NCBI RefSeq assembly: GCF_006345805.1
Contig: NC_042997.1
Location: forward strand, 93,000,001 to 93,064,000
Direction of reading: 5' to 3'
Length of the DNA stretch: 64,000 nucleotides
Source: Octopus sinensis
Taxonomy: Eukaryota
Part shown: piece after piece, positions 25,210 through 41,096 of the stretch
Numbering within the stretch: position 1 is the stretch's first letter
Layout of the letters: every line of letters starts with the position of its first letter
Program-made: the position numbers and the translations under genes
The notes under the pieces: generated by a model
Told to the model about the DNA's origin: nothing
What the model saw: the letters and a program-made list of their open reading frames with translations, nothing else
Database searches by the model: none

Positions 25210-25790
25210 TATCCTTTTACTTGTTTCAGTCATTTTGACTGCGGTCATGCTCCGGCAATGCTTTTAATCGAACAAATCGACCTCAGGACATTCATTTTGA
25301 GCCTAGTACTTATTCTATTGATTTCTTTTGCCGAACCGCTAAGTTACGGGAACATAAACACACCAACATCAGTTGTCAAGCGATGGCGGAGGGACAAACA
25401 CAGACACACACACACACACACGCACACACACACACACACCACACACACACACACATACCACACACACACACATACACACGCATATATACGATGGGCTTCT
25501 TTCAGTTTCCGTCCACCAAATTCGCTCACAAGGTTTTGGTCGACCCAAGATGCTGCGCAGTGGGACCGAGCCAGGAACCATGTGGTTGGGAAGAAAGAGA
25601 GATCCACGACGAGCTTCTTTCGGTTTCCATCTAGCAAATCCATTCTCAAGGCTTTGATCGCCCCGGAGCTATATCAGAAGAGATTTGCCCAAGGTCCCAC
25701 GCAGCAAGTTTAAACCCGAAACCATATGGTTGGGAAGCCAACTTCTTCCTCCTTTGCCACGCCTGCGAATAAGAAATGATATTTAAATAC
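25210..25790 (-). mobile_element. Composite SINE family A copy
   Basis: Reverse-complement consensus with internal (CA)n and a duplicated head region. Confidence 0.7.
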
Positions 25791-25857
25791 TTTACTGGTA
25801 GCTTTTTACAGGTAGCTTGTTTGAAACAAGAGAAGCCCTTGACCATCATAAGACATC

Positions 25858-26868
25858 TGTAGCGTACGCTTAGTGAAATTATCTCTTTCTCTGACATATA
25901 TAACATAAAAACGGTCGTAGCAGATAACAGCTAATCTTCGGCCACTTGGACCCTGTTGTGTCCACTACTCTGATTGGTTGGCATTGGCGCAGTTTGTCTC
26001 TTGCTCTATTACACGCCAATGCGCAACCCAACCAATCGCAGCTTTCTGATAAGGTCCCGTGACACAGTCTTCTAAATTCTTTGTTGGAGCCTCCTAGTCC
26101 CTATAAAAGCTAGTCACAAACCGTATTTCGTCTTTGGTCCTAGACCTTCTAAGGTCTAACCACTGACCACAGAGCACACAGCCAGTTCCAGCGATAGACT
26201 ACACCAGCAACAACATGGCGAAACATCAACACTTCGTCTAGCAGCATTCTGGACCTCCATCTCCGTCGCCGCCTTCATCTTAACGACGCCAACAACATCT
26301 CTACGCACACAGCAACCAACGCTCAGGTTTAACTATTCACTGTTTGTGAATTACTTCACCGTGGTTAACAGAAAGTACTACCTGCGAGATCTTCCTGTAT
26401 CAAGTAACTGTCACAGCATAGTAGCCACAACCGCTTACACGACACGTGATTGAACCGGCTCTGCATTGTAGCCACAACTTCTTATTACAGCACTTCAACT
26501 ATTGTGTACCTTACTACGAACTGGTATTTATCTTCATTGTGTCTGAAATTGTAGCGTCCTGTTATAGACTCTTTCTATGCTCTGTATTTTATCTCACACG
26601 CATACACCCTTGTTTGTACACACTCATGTACACAGACGGCCTATCCATTATTAATATTATTGTTATTAATATATATGTACTTATGTCGCACACACAGACA
26701 CATACTCTGCTAACATCTAAATAAAACCTTTCTCTTAACATTCTACGGTTGTATCATCCTTCTGGCACTTGTATTCATTTATTCTTTTCACATTTATTGT
26801 AAGCGACCGTGCGGTGTATCAAAGCAGTCATTCATTCGTCACCTCTCCTTTCGAACGGTCGTTCTACA
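25858..26868 (+). mobile_element. Solo LTR (Gypsy-like, 4-bp TSD)
   Basis: CATC|TGTAG ... CTACA|CATC; inverted CCAAT-type motifs (gattggttgg/ccaaccaatc), TATA ctataaaag near 26101, AATAAA at 26721. Confidence 0.8.
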
Positions 26869-27294
26869 CATCATTTCCGTTTCCCACGGATGTTTTTTTC
26901 TTTCGGAAGATTTGTAGCCGTTAGCGTCGCAAGGAATAGGGAATGTGGGATATTCGGCACCCAGACGACGCTTTTATTGGAAACAATACATTTATGTCTG
27001 CTGTACAAGTCCGGATAGGCCTAGGGCCTCCGATGGAGAGGGAACCTCAATGGCTGCCTCGGGCGCCACTGTCTAAATTGCTTTGGAATTGAAATGTTTT
27101 CAAAGAGACGTCTCTTCATGAAATACTCGAGTTTTTGATCTTCGTAGCCAATTTTCTTAACTTCAAAAAAGTCAAGACTAAATATTATGACTCAAATGTA
27201 TCGAAGTCTTTGAAATAACATTTTTTTCCAACTAGAGTTTAATTCTGAACTGGAATAGCTATGGTTCTTAATTGTATTGATATCCGAATAAAAT

Positions 27295-27404
27295 TGTGTG
27301 TGTGTGTGTGTGAGGGAGTGTGTGTGTGTGCGTGCGTGCGCATGCGTACATGTAAGTGCGCGCGTATGTATGTATGCATGTATGTATGCATATATGTATG
27401 TATG

Positions 27405-27438
<34 letters not shown>

Positions 27439-27595
27439 GGTAGGTAGGTAGGTAGGTATGTATGTAGGTAGGTAGGTAGGTAGGTATGTAGGTAAGTAGG
27501 TAGGTAGGTATGTAGGTAAGTAAGTAGGTAGGTAGGTAGGCAGGTAGGTAGGTAGGTAGGTAGTAAGTATGCATGTATGCATGTATGTATGTGTG
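27295..27595. repeat. (TG)n/(TATG)n/(TAGG)n compound microsatellite
   Basis: Directly visible. Confidence 0.95.
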
Positions 27596-27775
27596 TTATG
27601 AAATAAACAAAACAAGAGGAGACACATGGGACAGAGGCACACATGGAACAGCGATTGATGAGGTAACAGAATGTGTTACGAAAGAACTTTGACAGACTAA
27701 AAATGATACGAATAAAAACTGAAGTGAAAATCAGATAAATGTGTAATTGACGGAAAAAAATGACCATTCTAAGTA

Positions 27776-27854
<79 letters not shown>

Positions 27855-28330
27855 ATATCTATCTATCCGTCTGTCTGTCTGTCTATTTATCTATCTGTCT
27901 GTCTGTCTGTACACACAAAATAATAGCTTCATGAATAATTTTTTTTATTATAAAAATTAACCTGAACTTTGAATTGAATTCGGTTTACTGAATGTCATGA
28001 TCCTTTCTACTATGGGCAGAAGACCTCACATTTTGCAAGGGAGGCGCTAGTCTATTACATCGACCACCAGTGCTCAACTGGCACCTATTTTATCGACCTC
28101 GAATGGATGAAAAATATAGTCGACCTCGGCGACATGAGAACTTAAAGTAGACAAAAGAAATGCTACTAAATTTTTTTTTTATCCCTGGTGTATTACCGAT
28201 CCTGCCTTCGAAAGCTTACTGCTTTAGCAAAACGTTTTATCCCACAGTAAAAAAAAAATAGAAAAGCAAACAAAAGAAGCTATACACAATGAGAGAAGAA
28301 AGTAAAAAAATATCAAACATTATCAGTATC

Positions 28331-28685
28331 GGCGTAGGAATGGCTGTGTGGTAATAGGCGTAGGAGTGGCTGTGTGGTAAGTAGCTTGTTTACCAACTAC
28401 ATGGTTCCGGGTTCAGTCCCACTGCGTGGCACCTTGGGCAAGTGTCTTCTACTTTAGCCTCGGGCCAACCAAAGTCTTGTAAGTGGATTTGGCAGACGGA
28501 AACTGAAAGAAGCCCGTCGTATATATGTATATATAGCAAATAAGAAAATGGAGGAGAATAATAGGTGGTTCATCATTAAATTATGTAAACTTATTTATTT
28601 CTTTACAATAACTTACATACATATAACATATTATTCTTTACATATTAGATATAAAATATAGTAATATATAAGGATACCAGATATA

Positions 28686-28744
<59 letters not shown>

Positions 28745-28950
28745 ATGTGAGTGTACATGTTTGTGTGTCTGTGTTTGTTCCCCCAACCGATGCTGATGTG
28801 GTTAAGTCCCCGTCACTTAGCGGTTCAGCAAAAGTGACCGATAGAATAAGTACTAGGCTTACAAAGAATAAGTCCTGGGGTCGATGTGCTCGACTAAAGG
28901 CGGTGCTCCAGCATGGCCACAATCAAATGACTGAAAAAAGTAAAAAAAAA
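28331..28950 (+). mobile_element. SINE family A copy with a doubled 25-nt head and a ~150-nt AT-rich insert
   Basis: ggcgtagga(a/g)tggctgtgtggtaa occurs twice in tandem; the 3' half is duplicated at 34479. Confidence 0.75.
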
Positions 28951-29167
28951 AAAAATTAGATAGTGTATTATGGGTATGGGCGAACACTCGAGTTCCAGTT
29001 TTACAGGGCAGTATTTCCAGGTAACTGTGCAACAGATATTTTGCATGTTTATAAGTCTCCTGTTGCTTAAACAAAATAATTGGCATCTATAGTCAGGTTT
29101 CGTCCTAAAATAATTTATGGCTTCGACCTTTTATGGTAGATTGAAAAGTAAACACACACACGCGATC

Positions 29168-29254
<87 letters not shown>

Positions 29255-29572
29255 CCCCTCTCTCTCTCTCTCTTCACACACACACACACACACACACTCA
29301 AGTATATCTTTTATTTTTTCTTGTTTCACTCACATGACTGCAGTCACGTTGAGGCGCCACCTTGATGAGTTTATCGCAACAAATCTCTCTTTGTACGCAT
29401 AAATCAGGTGCGGTACTTACTTATTCTATCGTTCTCTTTGACGAACTCCTAAGTTACGGGGACTCAAACAGACCGACACTGGTTGTCAAGCGGAGCGCTA
29501 CACATAAACCACACACACACGCGCGCACGCACACGCACACGCGCACGCACACACACACGCGCACGCACACGC

Positions 29573-29615
<43 letters not shown>

Positions 29616-29719
29616 CTCTCTCTCTCTCTCTGACTCTCTCTCTCTCACACACACAAGTATGTATGTATGTCTGTATGTGTGTGTATATACGTGTGTGTGT
29701 ATGTATGTATGTATGTATA

Positions 29720-30105
29720 GGCGCAGGAGTGGCTATGTGGTAAGAAGCTTGCTTCCCAACCACATAGTTCCGAGTTCAGTCTCATTGTATAGCACCTTGT
29801 GCATGTCTTCTACTATAGCCTTGAGCCGATCAAGACCTTGTGAGTGGATTTGGTAGACGGAAACTAAAAGAAGCCCGTCGTATATGTATGTATGTATGTA
29901 TTTGTGTTTGGCCTGCCCACCCTCGTTTGACACCAGACGTTGGTGTGTTTACGCTCCCGTAACTTAGCGTTTCCGGGATAAGAGACCAATAGAGTAAGTA
30001 CTAGGCTTACAAAGAATAAGTTGTGGGGTTGATTTGGTCGACTAAAGGCGGTGCTGTAGCATGGCCGCAGTCAAATGCCTGAAACAAATAAAAGAATATA
30101 AAAGA
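29720..30105 (+). mobile_element. SINE family A copy
   Basis: ggcgcaggagtggctatgtggtaag head to tgcctgaaacaaataaaag tail. Confidence 0.8.
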
Positions 30106-30240
30106 ATGTGTGTGTGTATGTATGTTTGTCATTGCTCAGTTTTATTTCCAGATTTTTTGCCAATAGAGAAAGAGCCGGTTTCTAACCTAGATCGAAGGCT
30201 CCTTCATTGGAATTTCAGCATCAACAACGGGCTATGTATG

Positions 30241-30274
<34 letters not shown>

Positions 30275-31483
30275 TGTATGTATGTATGTATGTATGTATG
30301 CATGTATGCATGTATGCATGTATGTATGTATCTGTACCGATTTGTATGTTTTGCTTTATGTATGTATTCTCATGCATATAGTTGCATATCTAGAAATGGT
30401 CATATATATTTAAATGCTAGCTTGATAAATGTATGTATCTGTGTATGTATGTACGTATGTATGCAAACATCCGAGAACCAGGTGGTGGTGTTAACCATAT
30501 GACTTATTAAGTCTACCGCCCAAAAATTCAAAGGAAGCAAAGAGTTGGAACAAATATCACAGGACACTCCCTACACCCCGACGCTCTATTAATTCTACCA
30601 ATCTACCTCCATTAACTAGCACTTTGTTGTATTAGCCCCGGAAGGATGGAAAGTGGGTTTTGAATTTGCATCGGTGGTTTTTGAACTCAGATCGCAGAGA
30701 ACCGGAACAAATGCCGCAACGAAGTTTGCCCTACGCTCTAATGACTCCACTTGCTTACAATTCAGTTTACAAGACAAGTAAATCCCGTGGCCCACCTTTG
30801 AAACTACAGCTTGTAAGTCAGAAATAAAGCAGAGACCGCATTTTGGAACGGGTACCTGGTACCTGGTGGGAAAAAGATATTCACGGCTGAAAGGCTTTTG
30901 CTCCTACGCCTACGTAGTATTATAGCCAGGAGGCGAGGGGATGGTCCACTCAGGGTGACGCTTTTATCGGAGTACCACTTATGAGTGTACTGCATAAGCC
31001 AGCATAGGCTCGGGGGCTTCGCCGAGAGCGCGGACAAATTCAAGGGCTCCCCACATGTGGAACACACAACGTCACTGTGCATGTCAGAGACATGTGGTTA
31101 AACATTGTGTTGGTTTAACTTCTAGTGAAATTGCATTTGACTACAGTCTAATCTCACTCAGTACAATTGCTTCTCCACGTCTTATTATTTCTGCAGTTTC
31201 GCCAGTTCAAACCTTGTATCTCATAATCCTTTATACCTCAAATCTTAGCTAACGGCCGCAGCAATAGCAAGAACCAAAACAACATTAGCTACCGCTGCTG
31301 CTGCTACAAAATACTACGACTACCAAGGCGACAACATAGTGTATCAAATATATCAAGTTAGAATACTTCGTGTAACTTAAACCGCAGTCAATGCAAATGG
31401 AAATTTAAGCTACTGAAATAAAGTAACATGAAACAGTATATTTAAAGGAATATAATACACGAAAAACATAAAATAAATACCGT

Positions 31484-31565
31484 CGACGAGGATGAGATTC
31501 GAACTCACGCGGGGAGACCCCAATGGATTAGCAGTCCATCGCCTTAACCACTCGGCCACCTCGTC
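31484..31565 (-). tRNA. trnS-GCT: tRNA-Ser (anticodon GCT)
   Basis: GACGAGGTGGCCGAGTGGTTAAGGCGATGGACTGCTAATCCATTGGGGTCTCCCCGCGTGAGTTCGAATCTCATCCTCGTCG; 82 nt, long variable arm, intact stems, T-run downstream. Confidence 0.97.
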
Positions 31566-31788
31566 GCTAAGTGCCAAATGTCATGACAAATAACTTTAAA
31601 CACAAATGTGCGTTTTGTGATGTCATTTCTAAATATAGATGACATTAACAGTAGACATAGCTAGATGATATTTACGCTGTATATGCACATTCACATGCGA
31701 TTATGGCATACTTGTTTTTCATGAAGATTAATTTTAACATTTTATAGTATTCTGTCTGTCTCTATCTCTCCCTCTCTCACCCCCCCCC

Positions 31789-31876
<88 letters not shown>

Positions 31877-32799
31877 GCACACACACAAGGCAGGTCAGAT
31901 ATATTGCAAAGATCAACTGAAACTGTATACTGGAACTGTCAAAAGATACAGGTGAAATAAAGGCCGGAAATAAATAACCAAAGAGCGTGTGTCGAGGTAA
32001 AATAAAGAAAAATCATCATGGTTTATGTTCAAATTTATATGTTACTGATAGAATGTTGGTTACAACCGAAGCAAAAATCCCCAATACATGCAACAGCGAC
32101 TACTTATAATAGCTACCATATTAGATAGTAGTATTCCGCTTAAACTTCAAAATATTGAAAAAGTTTAGAAGCCACAAAAGCAAAATTCTGACGTTTCGGA
32201 CAGGGTACTTTGTCGAAAATATAAAACCGCGTCGAAATTGATGTTCTTCTTGTTGAACACTTACCAAACTGGTTCCACAACGACACAAACCACCATTGGT
32301 TTTCTTAGACTCTTGTATTTTGCTTTAGTTTTTAATGCTGTTGCTTAGCTCCAGGTCAGTCTTGGCTGAGCTGACCTATAATGACTTCCACGCGTGAGAA
32401 TCACGAACTATAAGTGGTTGGATGTGATGTTTCTAGCGAGTTGAGTGACAACGTCGAGGTTCCCACGATATTACAAAATCCTCCACACATACAAGAATCA
32501 TTCTCTATCTAAACATAAGGGAAAACTTTGAGTAATTCTTCCCCAAAATTCCAGTGAGGACACTGAAAATCGAGTCAGATACGTTCAAGACCTAAAAAAA
32601 GAAGGTAAAAGTTTCAATTTGATGTGATAATTTACCGCAATAAAGTGAGCGAGATTTGTTTCTGAAGAAACCCCCAGCGTTTTTCTCTAAGGTTAGTGAC
32701 TTCGTTCAGTTCTTTTTGTTTGACCAACTGGTCCGTATCCAGAGCAGTCTGTACAAAGGCGCATGCCCAAGGGGGTGGTACAATCAGCAGTAAATTCAT

Positions 32800-34260
32800 T
32801 AGCCAACGACCTTACATCACCAGATATAAATGTGGCCATCAACAGAAGAAAGGTTTCCGAATCGCAAGCACTTGCATCTATATTAGGCGACTAGAAGTAC
32901 ATGAACTCTTGGTCGTCCCTGATAAGATAGTGAAATAGCAGTGCCGTATAGAGAAATTTTGAATCCCAAGATATGGACCCAGTGAATAAGTCAGTGATCG
33001 TTCAGATCAGTTACCGTCTATGACCCTTACGTGACAGGGTGGCTGGATTTCTTCAGATATTTGGAAGTTTTGGGAACGGTCTGCTCTTTATTTTGAGGCT
33101 GACATTTTATTTTATTTGTATGATGTGATTGTGGAAGATTAGCCAATAAATTCATAAAAGTTTAGATGTCACAAGACTACAATATCTAATATGTTACTTA
33201 AATGGTAAGGGTGGTTTAAGGAGTATGTCAGCAGTTAAATATGATTATGCATGAATTATATGTGGTTAGAAGACAATTTTAACATTGTGAAACTTTGAGA
33301 GATAAAAGGGCTTTACAGATACTACAAAGAATGAAGGGACTAAAAGAATCTTGTATGAAACGTGTTTTTCTTTGATTTACTGCCAAATGTACAGATGTAA
33401 TTGCGCAGTTTCTGGCTCCCACGTCCTTACGAAAATTATTTGAATTCTTTGGCTTTATGAATTTCTACAGATGTTTTATTCCGCACTATGGTGAATGACT
33501 TATCTGTTAACTGAATTTTTATGTAATCGGAAAAGGAATAGCAAGAACATTCTTTTAACATCAGAAGAATTGTAGTCATTTAACGAGATTAAAGAAAAAA
33601 TATTCAAGACCACTTTATTAACTCACTCGATAGCAGATGCACCCTTTTCTCTGGTGATAGATCTTTTTGACATGGGAATCAGTGGTTCTTTTATAACAAT
33701 TTATTCAAGGTTCTTGATGACTTTTGTCCTTTTTCTTGAGTTTGAAAGTACATAAACACCGCCCCAAGGGAAATTAAGCTTGTCAATTTCGTGTCGAGAT
33801 TTACTGACGATAGAACTCTTGTATTACCTTCTTTAGAATTCGATCTTGCATCTCTGCCTACTTCCATGACGCATATTTGGCGAGATATTTCTACTGAATG
33901 ACCCTTTGTGCCTCTAAACATAACACCTAAGCGAACATTGTTTGACCAATCAAATCGGCTGGTGTGTAACCATGTGAGTTGAAATTTTCCCGACAAATAG
34001 TCTGATCGAACCTTCTAGAAAAACTACGTTGGGTTGTAAAAAGCTGTCGAACTGGCGAAGCCATCCAAAATTTCACATGGAGCCATGTTGCTTTACTCCA
34101 TGGGATAGTTTCTCATCCTCTTTTACATTTTCTTGCAGAACTACCGATGACGCTATGATGAGTGTTCTACTTGTTCTGCCTAGAACAACCTGAAATACCA
34201 CACGAGGGTTATTGTGAGTTATCTTTTTGATATGGTGTTCAAATCATTTGTTCTTAATTT
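32800..34260 (+). pseudogene. Heavily decayed Gypsy/Ty3 pol fragment (RT-RNaseH-integrase region)
   Basis: Frame fragments FNEIKEKIFKTTLLTHSIADAPFSLVIDLFDMGISG (RT_RNaseH_2-like), APREIKLVNFVSRFT, PFVP; many stops and frameshifts. Confidence 0.55.
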
Positions 34261-34903
34261 GTTCTCAATATTTATGAATTGTCGTCGAATTATTTTTCAT
34301 CCTATGCTGGAGTAAAAACTTATACTTGTTTCATTCAATACCTCTTCAATGCTGTTCTATTTATTAATATTTGCGTGCGCATTATGAACATAACACACAG
34401 CAACAAGTGTTACTCATCTATGATTATTTAAAAAACCTAATAACCACATTAAACACTCTCCTCGAAAAAGCTGGCACTTGTTTGTTCCCCCAACCGATGC
34501 TGATGTGGTTAAGTCCCCGTCACTTAGCGGTTCAGCAAAAGTGACCGATAGAATAAGTACTAGGCTTACAAAGAATAAGTCCCGGGGTCGATGTGCTCGA
34601 CTAAAGGCGGTGCTCCAGCATGGCCACAATCAAATGACTGAAACAAGTAAAAAAATAAATTAGATAGTGTATTATGGGTATGGCCCAACACTCGAGTTCC
34701 AGTTTTACAGGGCAGTATTTTCAGGTAACTGTGCAACAGATATTTTGCATGTTTATAAGTCTCCTGTTGCTTAAACAAAATAATTGGCATTTATAGTCAG
34801 GTTTCGTCCTAAAATAATTTATGGCTTCGACCTTTTATGGTAGATTGAAAAGTAAACACACACACGCGATCTCTCTTTCTTTCTTTCTTTCTTTCTTTCT
34901 TTT

Positions 34904-34975
<72 letters not shown>

Positions 34976-35544
34976 ACGCACACATACACACACTCAAGTA
35001 TATCTTATATCTTTTCTGGTACAATTGTTAAACCGTCGACAAAAATGCTTTGCGGGTATTTCTTCCTATAAATTACGTTCTGAGTTCAAATTCCACTGAG
35101 GTTGACATTGTCTTTCGGGGTGGATAAAATAAATACTAAATATTTATGTGGATAAAATAGTCAAGTACTGTGGTCGATGTAATCGACTTTCCTCTTTGGC
35201 CAAACCCTCATCAACTTTTTAAAGTTTTACTTGAAAAGGAAAGTGAAGGTAGAGAAGGAAGTGCTGCCTCTCAGCAATTTTGTTAAAAGATGGATGACTG
35301 CTGCAAGAGTGGTCCGATGCGCCTGTAAGTTGAAGGACAGTGTGAAGACAACACTTGCCTTAGGAGTCAGGTCGACCGTGGTTTTTGTGGGGTATCCACG
35401 AGCAGCCCTAGGAAGTCTCTCTCTTTCGGGGAATTATTCATTGTTTCAATTTTCTGTTGTCACTGTTTTATGTAACTTCACATTGTATTGTCCAGTACCG
35501 TCCCCAATGTTTTTGTGAACCCTTACTGGTTAATAAAGGAAAGA

Positions 35545-37222
<1,678 letters not shown>

Positions 37223-37240
37223 TATTATTATTATTATTAT

Positions 37241-37990
<750 letters not shown>

Positions 37991-38295
37991 AATGATTGAT
38001 GTTGGTATTACTAGACATACAACATGCAAAATTTCGAAAACTACATAGGGGACAGAAGACGCAAATTAAACACTAAAGACAACTATATTCTCCCTTGGAT
38101 TCCTAAATGCATATGTAAATATAATAGTCAAGGCGTTCGGATGTGTATCAATTTTTGTTTTGCTTCAGCCAACATAGAGACGTCTGCTATATAATATCCA
38201 GAATTATTTATTTTACCAAGCATAACAAATGCTTCTGCGAGACTAAACAACAACATATCTACTTAAATAATTAAAAAAAATAAATAGATATTAAA

Positions 38296-38599
38296 GGTAA
38301 TACTTCAGAACAGTGATCCTGGTACGCGTCGCGCATCCGCGCTAGCTAGTCATGATTAGTCGATCCTTACTTTGTGTTTTTGTGTTATTTACTTTGTTTA
38401 AAAAATTATTTACTTTGTGTTTTTGTGTTTTATTTACTTTGTTTAACAAAAATTATTTACTTTGTATAAAAAATTATTTATTTTGTATTTTATTTACTTT
38501 GCTAGGTAGTCGTTGTAGGATCGACTAGTCACGACTAGCTAGCGCGGATGCGCGACTACGCGAGTGCGCGCACCGGGACCACTGTTCTCAAGTAGTACC
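38296..38599. mobile_element. Foldback MITE with long CpG-rich TIRs and 9-bp TSD (Merlin- or MULE-type)
   Basis: GATATTAAA|GGTAATAC...GTAGTACC|GATATTAAA; ~70-nt inverted arms; AT-rich tandem core tttactttg. Confidence 0.85.
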
Positions 38600-38961
38600 G
38601 ATATTAAATATGTATTAAACAATTTTGCATGGAAACATAGGTTAGGTGTGTGTGTGTGTATTTACTTTTGCAAATATCCTAAAATATATAATGTGACGCG
38701 CGCGCATACCTACACACTCATATACGAACAGCAATAAAGAATTAAACAAACTATTTACATGGAACCAAAATCCAGAATCGATATAAAACGTGTAAATTTG
38801 ATCACTCTCGCAAACATGCCAACATTCTCAGACCCAAATTAAGTAGTAGCATTTTTTAATATTTTTTCAACGCAATAACCACAACTCTTTATATTAGTAT
38901 GTTTAAAGAAATAACATCATCACGCAATAAATACAGTTATTTTGGCCAGCAATGGGCAATT

Positions 38962-39033
38962 GGGGATATAGCTCAGTGGTAGAGCATTCGACTGCAGATC
39001 GAGAGGTCCCCGGTTCAATCCCGGGTGTCCCCT
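38962..39033 (+). tRNA. trnC-GCA: tRNA-Cys (anticodon GCA)
   Basis: GGGGATATAGCTCAGTGGTAGAGCATTCGACTGCAGATCGAGAGGTCCCCGGTTCAATCCCGGGTGTCCCCT; intact cloverleaf, poly-T terminator downstream. Confidence 0.97.
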
Positions 39034-39280
39034 GTAGTATAATGTTTTGCTTTTTTTTTTTTGTGGGGATTTAAAATTGTTTTAGAGATTATTTCTTGTA
39101 TCCCTGAGTCGAGTATCATTCAACCTCAAATCAAAGAAGAACTTCATTATAAAAAAAAAAAACTTCAGGATTGGCAGTATGGTAAGTAGCTTGCTTCCCA
39201 ACCACATGGTTCTGGGCTCAGTCCCGCTGTGTGGCACCTTGTGAGTGGATTTGGTAGACGGAAACTGAAACAAGCCTGTC

Positions 39281-39360
<80 letters not shown>

Positions 39361-39363
<3 letters not shown>

Positions 39364-39712
39364 ATATAAACGGCAGTTTGTCTGTGTGTCTGTCAGGTTG
39401 TACCCTCACCCTGACCACGGCTTTCAACCGATTCTGATGAAACTTGACACACACATAGCCCAATGTCATAATTCAAAACTAACGCAGCAAAAATTTTGAA
39501 AAGTTCCCCCAGTTCTGAAAAAAATCGATAAATTCGACATGGGGTCGAGAATCAGAAACACAAACCACAGACTGTCTAGGGGACGCAACTCGACCTTTTT
39601 AACTCAAAAAAAATTTACCATCATTTTTTTGCTATTTTTGGCTATAACTCTCTAAAAATGCTTATATAGTTATTTCCCTTACAAACCCAAGCAACGCCGG
39701 GTGATACTGCTA

Positions 39713-39713
<1 letters not shown>
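39361..39713 (+). mobile_element. Non-autonomous Helitron-like element (copy 2), inserted in the (TA)n core of a SINE A
   Basis: A|TC ... caacgccgggtgatactg-CTAG|T; SINE A head at about 39175-39285 and its 3' half at about 39840-40075. Confidence 0.75.
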
Positions 39714-39759
<46 letters not shown>

Positions 39760-39760
39760 C

Positions 39761-39845
<85 letters not shown>

Positions 39846-40303
39846 GTGTGTGTGTGTGTGAGTATGTTTGTGTGTCTGTATTTTTCCCCCCACCATCGCT
39901 TGACAACCGATGCCGGTGTGTTTACGTCCCCATAACTTAGCAGTTCAGTAATAAGAGACCGGTAGAATAAGTACTAGGCTTACAAAGAATAAGTCTTGGG
40001 GTCGATTTGTTCGTCTAAAGGTGGTGCTCCAGTATGGCCGCAGTCAAATGACTGAAACAAGCAAAGGAATATAAGAATAAGAAACACTTTTATACGTGCA
40101 AGCATGGCTGTGCGGTTAAGAAGATCGCCTTGAAACCATATAGTTTTGGGGTTCTGTTCCACTTCGTGGATCTTTAGGTAGCCGTCTTCGACTATAACCA
40201 CGGGCAGACCAATCACTTGTGAGTGAATTTGGTAGACGAAAACTGTGTGGAAGCCCGCCGTGTATATATACATATGTGTGTATGTATGTATGTATGTATG
40301 TAT

Positions 40304-40359
<56 letters not shown>

Positions 40360-40680
40360 GTGTGTGTGTGTGTAAATATATATAAAATTTGTGGTGTAAT
40401 ATATGATTTCATAGAATCGTGTGGCTTTCACAGAAAACTCTTCTGTCAGATTCGGCTAGCAGGCTTCATAGTGAACGAATACGGAGAAGTATAATGCAGA
40501 ATTCTATATAACTGAATCCCAGAATATTCGACCGATATAAACATAATTTATTATGCACTAAAATTACTATTTCATGAAAGCTGCGAAACACTCCTAAACT
40601 TGAAAATGATAAGTTGTTAGATAAATATATTCACTTGCACCTCCTGACTTTTTATGATTTAAATACCTACATGCATGCAT

Positions 40681-40742
<62 letters not shown>

Positions 40743-40820
40743 GGGATCGTGGGTAAGGCCAAAACAATGCGAGGTAAATGCAGAGTAAATCACAAGAAAG
40801 CAAATTTATGAATCAATGTA

Positions 40821-40898
<78 letters not shown>

Positions 40899-41051
40899 GC
40901 ACGCACACATGCACACACATACATATGCGTGTGTGTGTGTGTTCGTGTTCGTGTTTGTTCTCTCCACCGCTTGGAAACCGGTGTTGGTTTGTTCACATCC
41001 CCATAACTTTGCGGTTCGGCAAAAGTGACAGCAGAATAAATACCAGATTTG

Positions 41052-41096
<45 letters not shown>

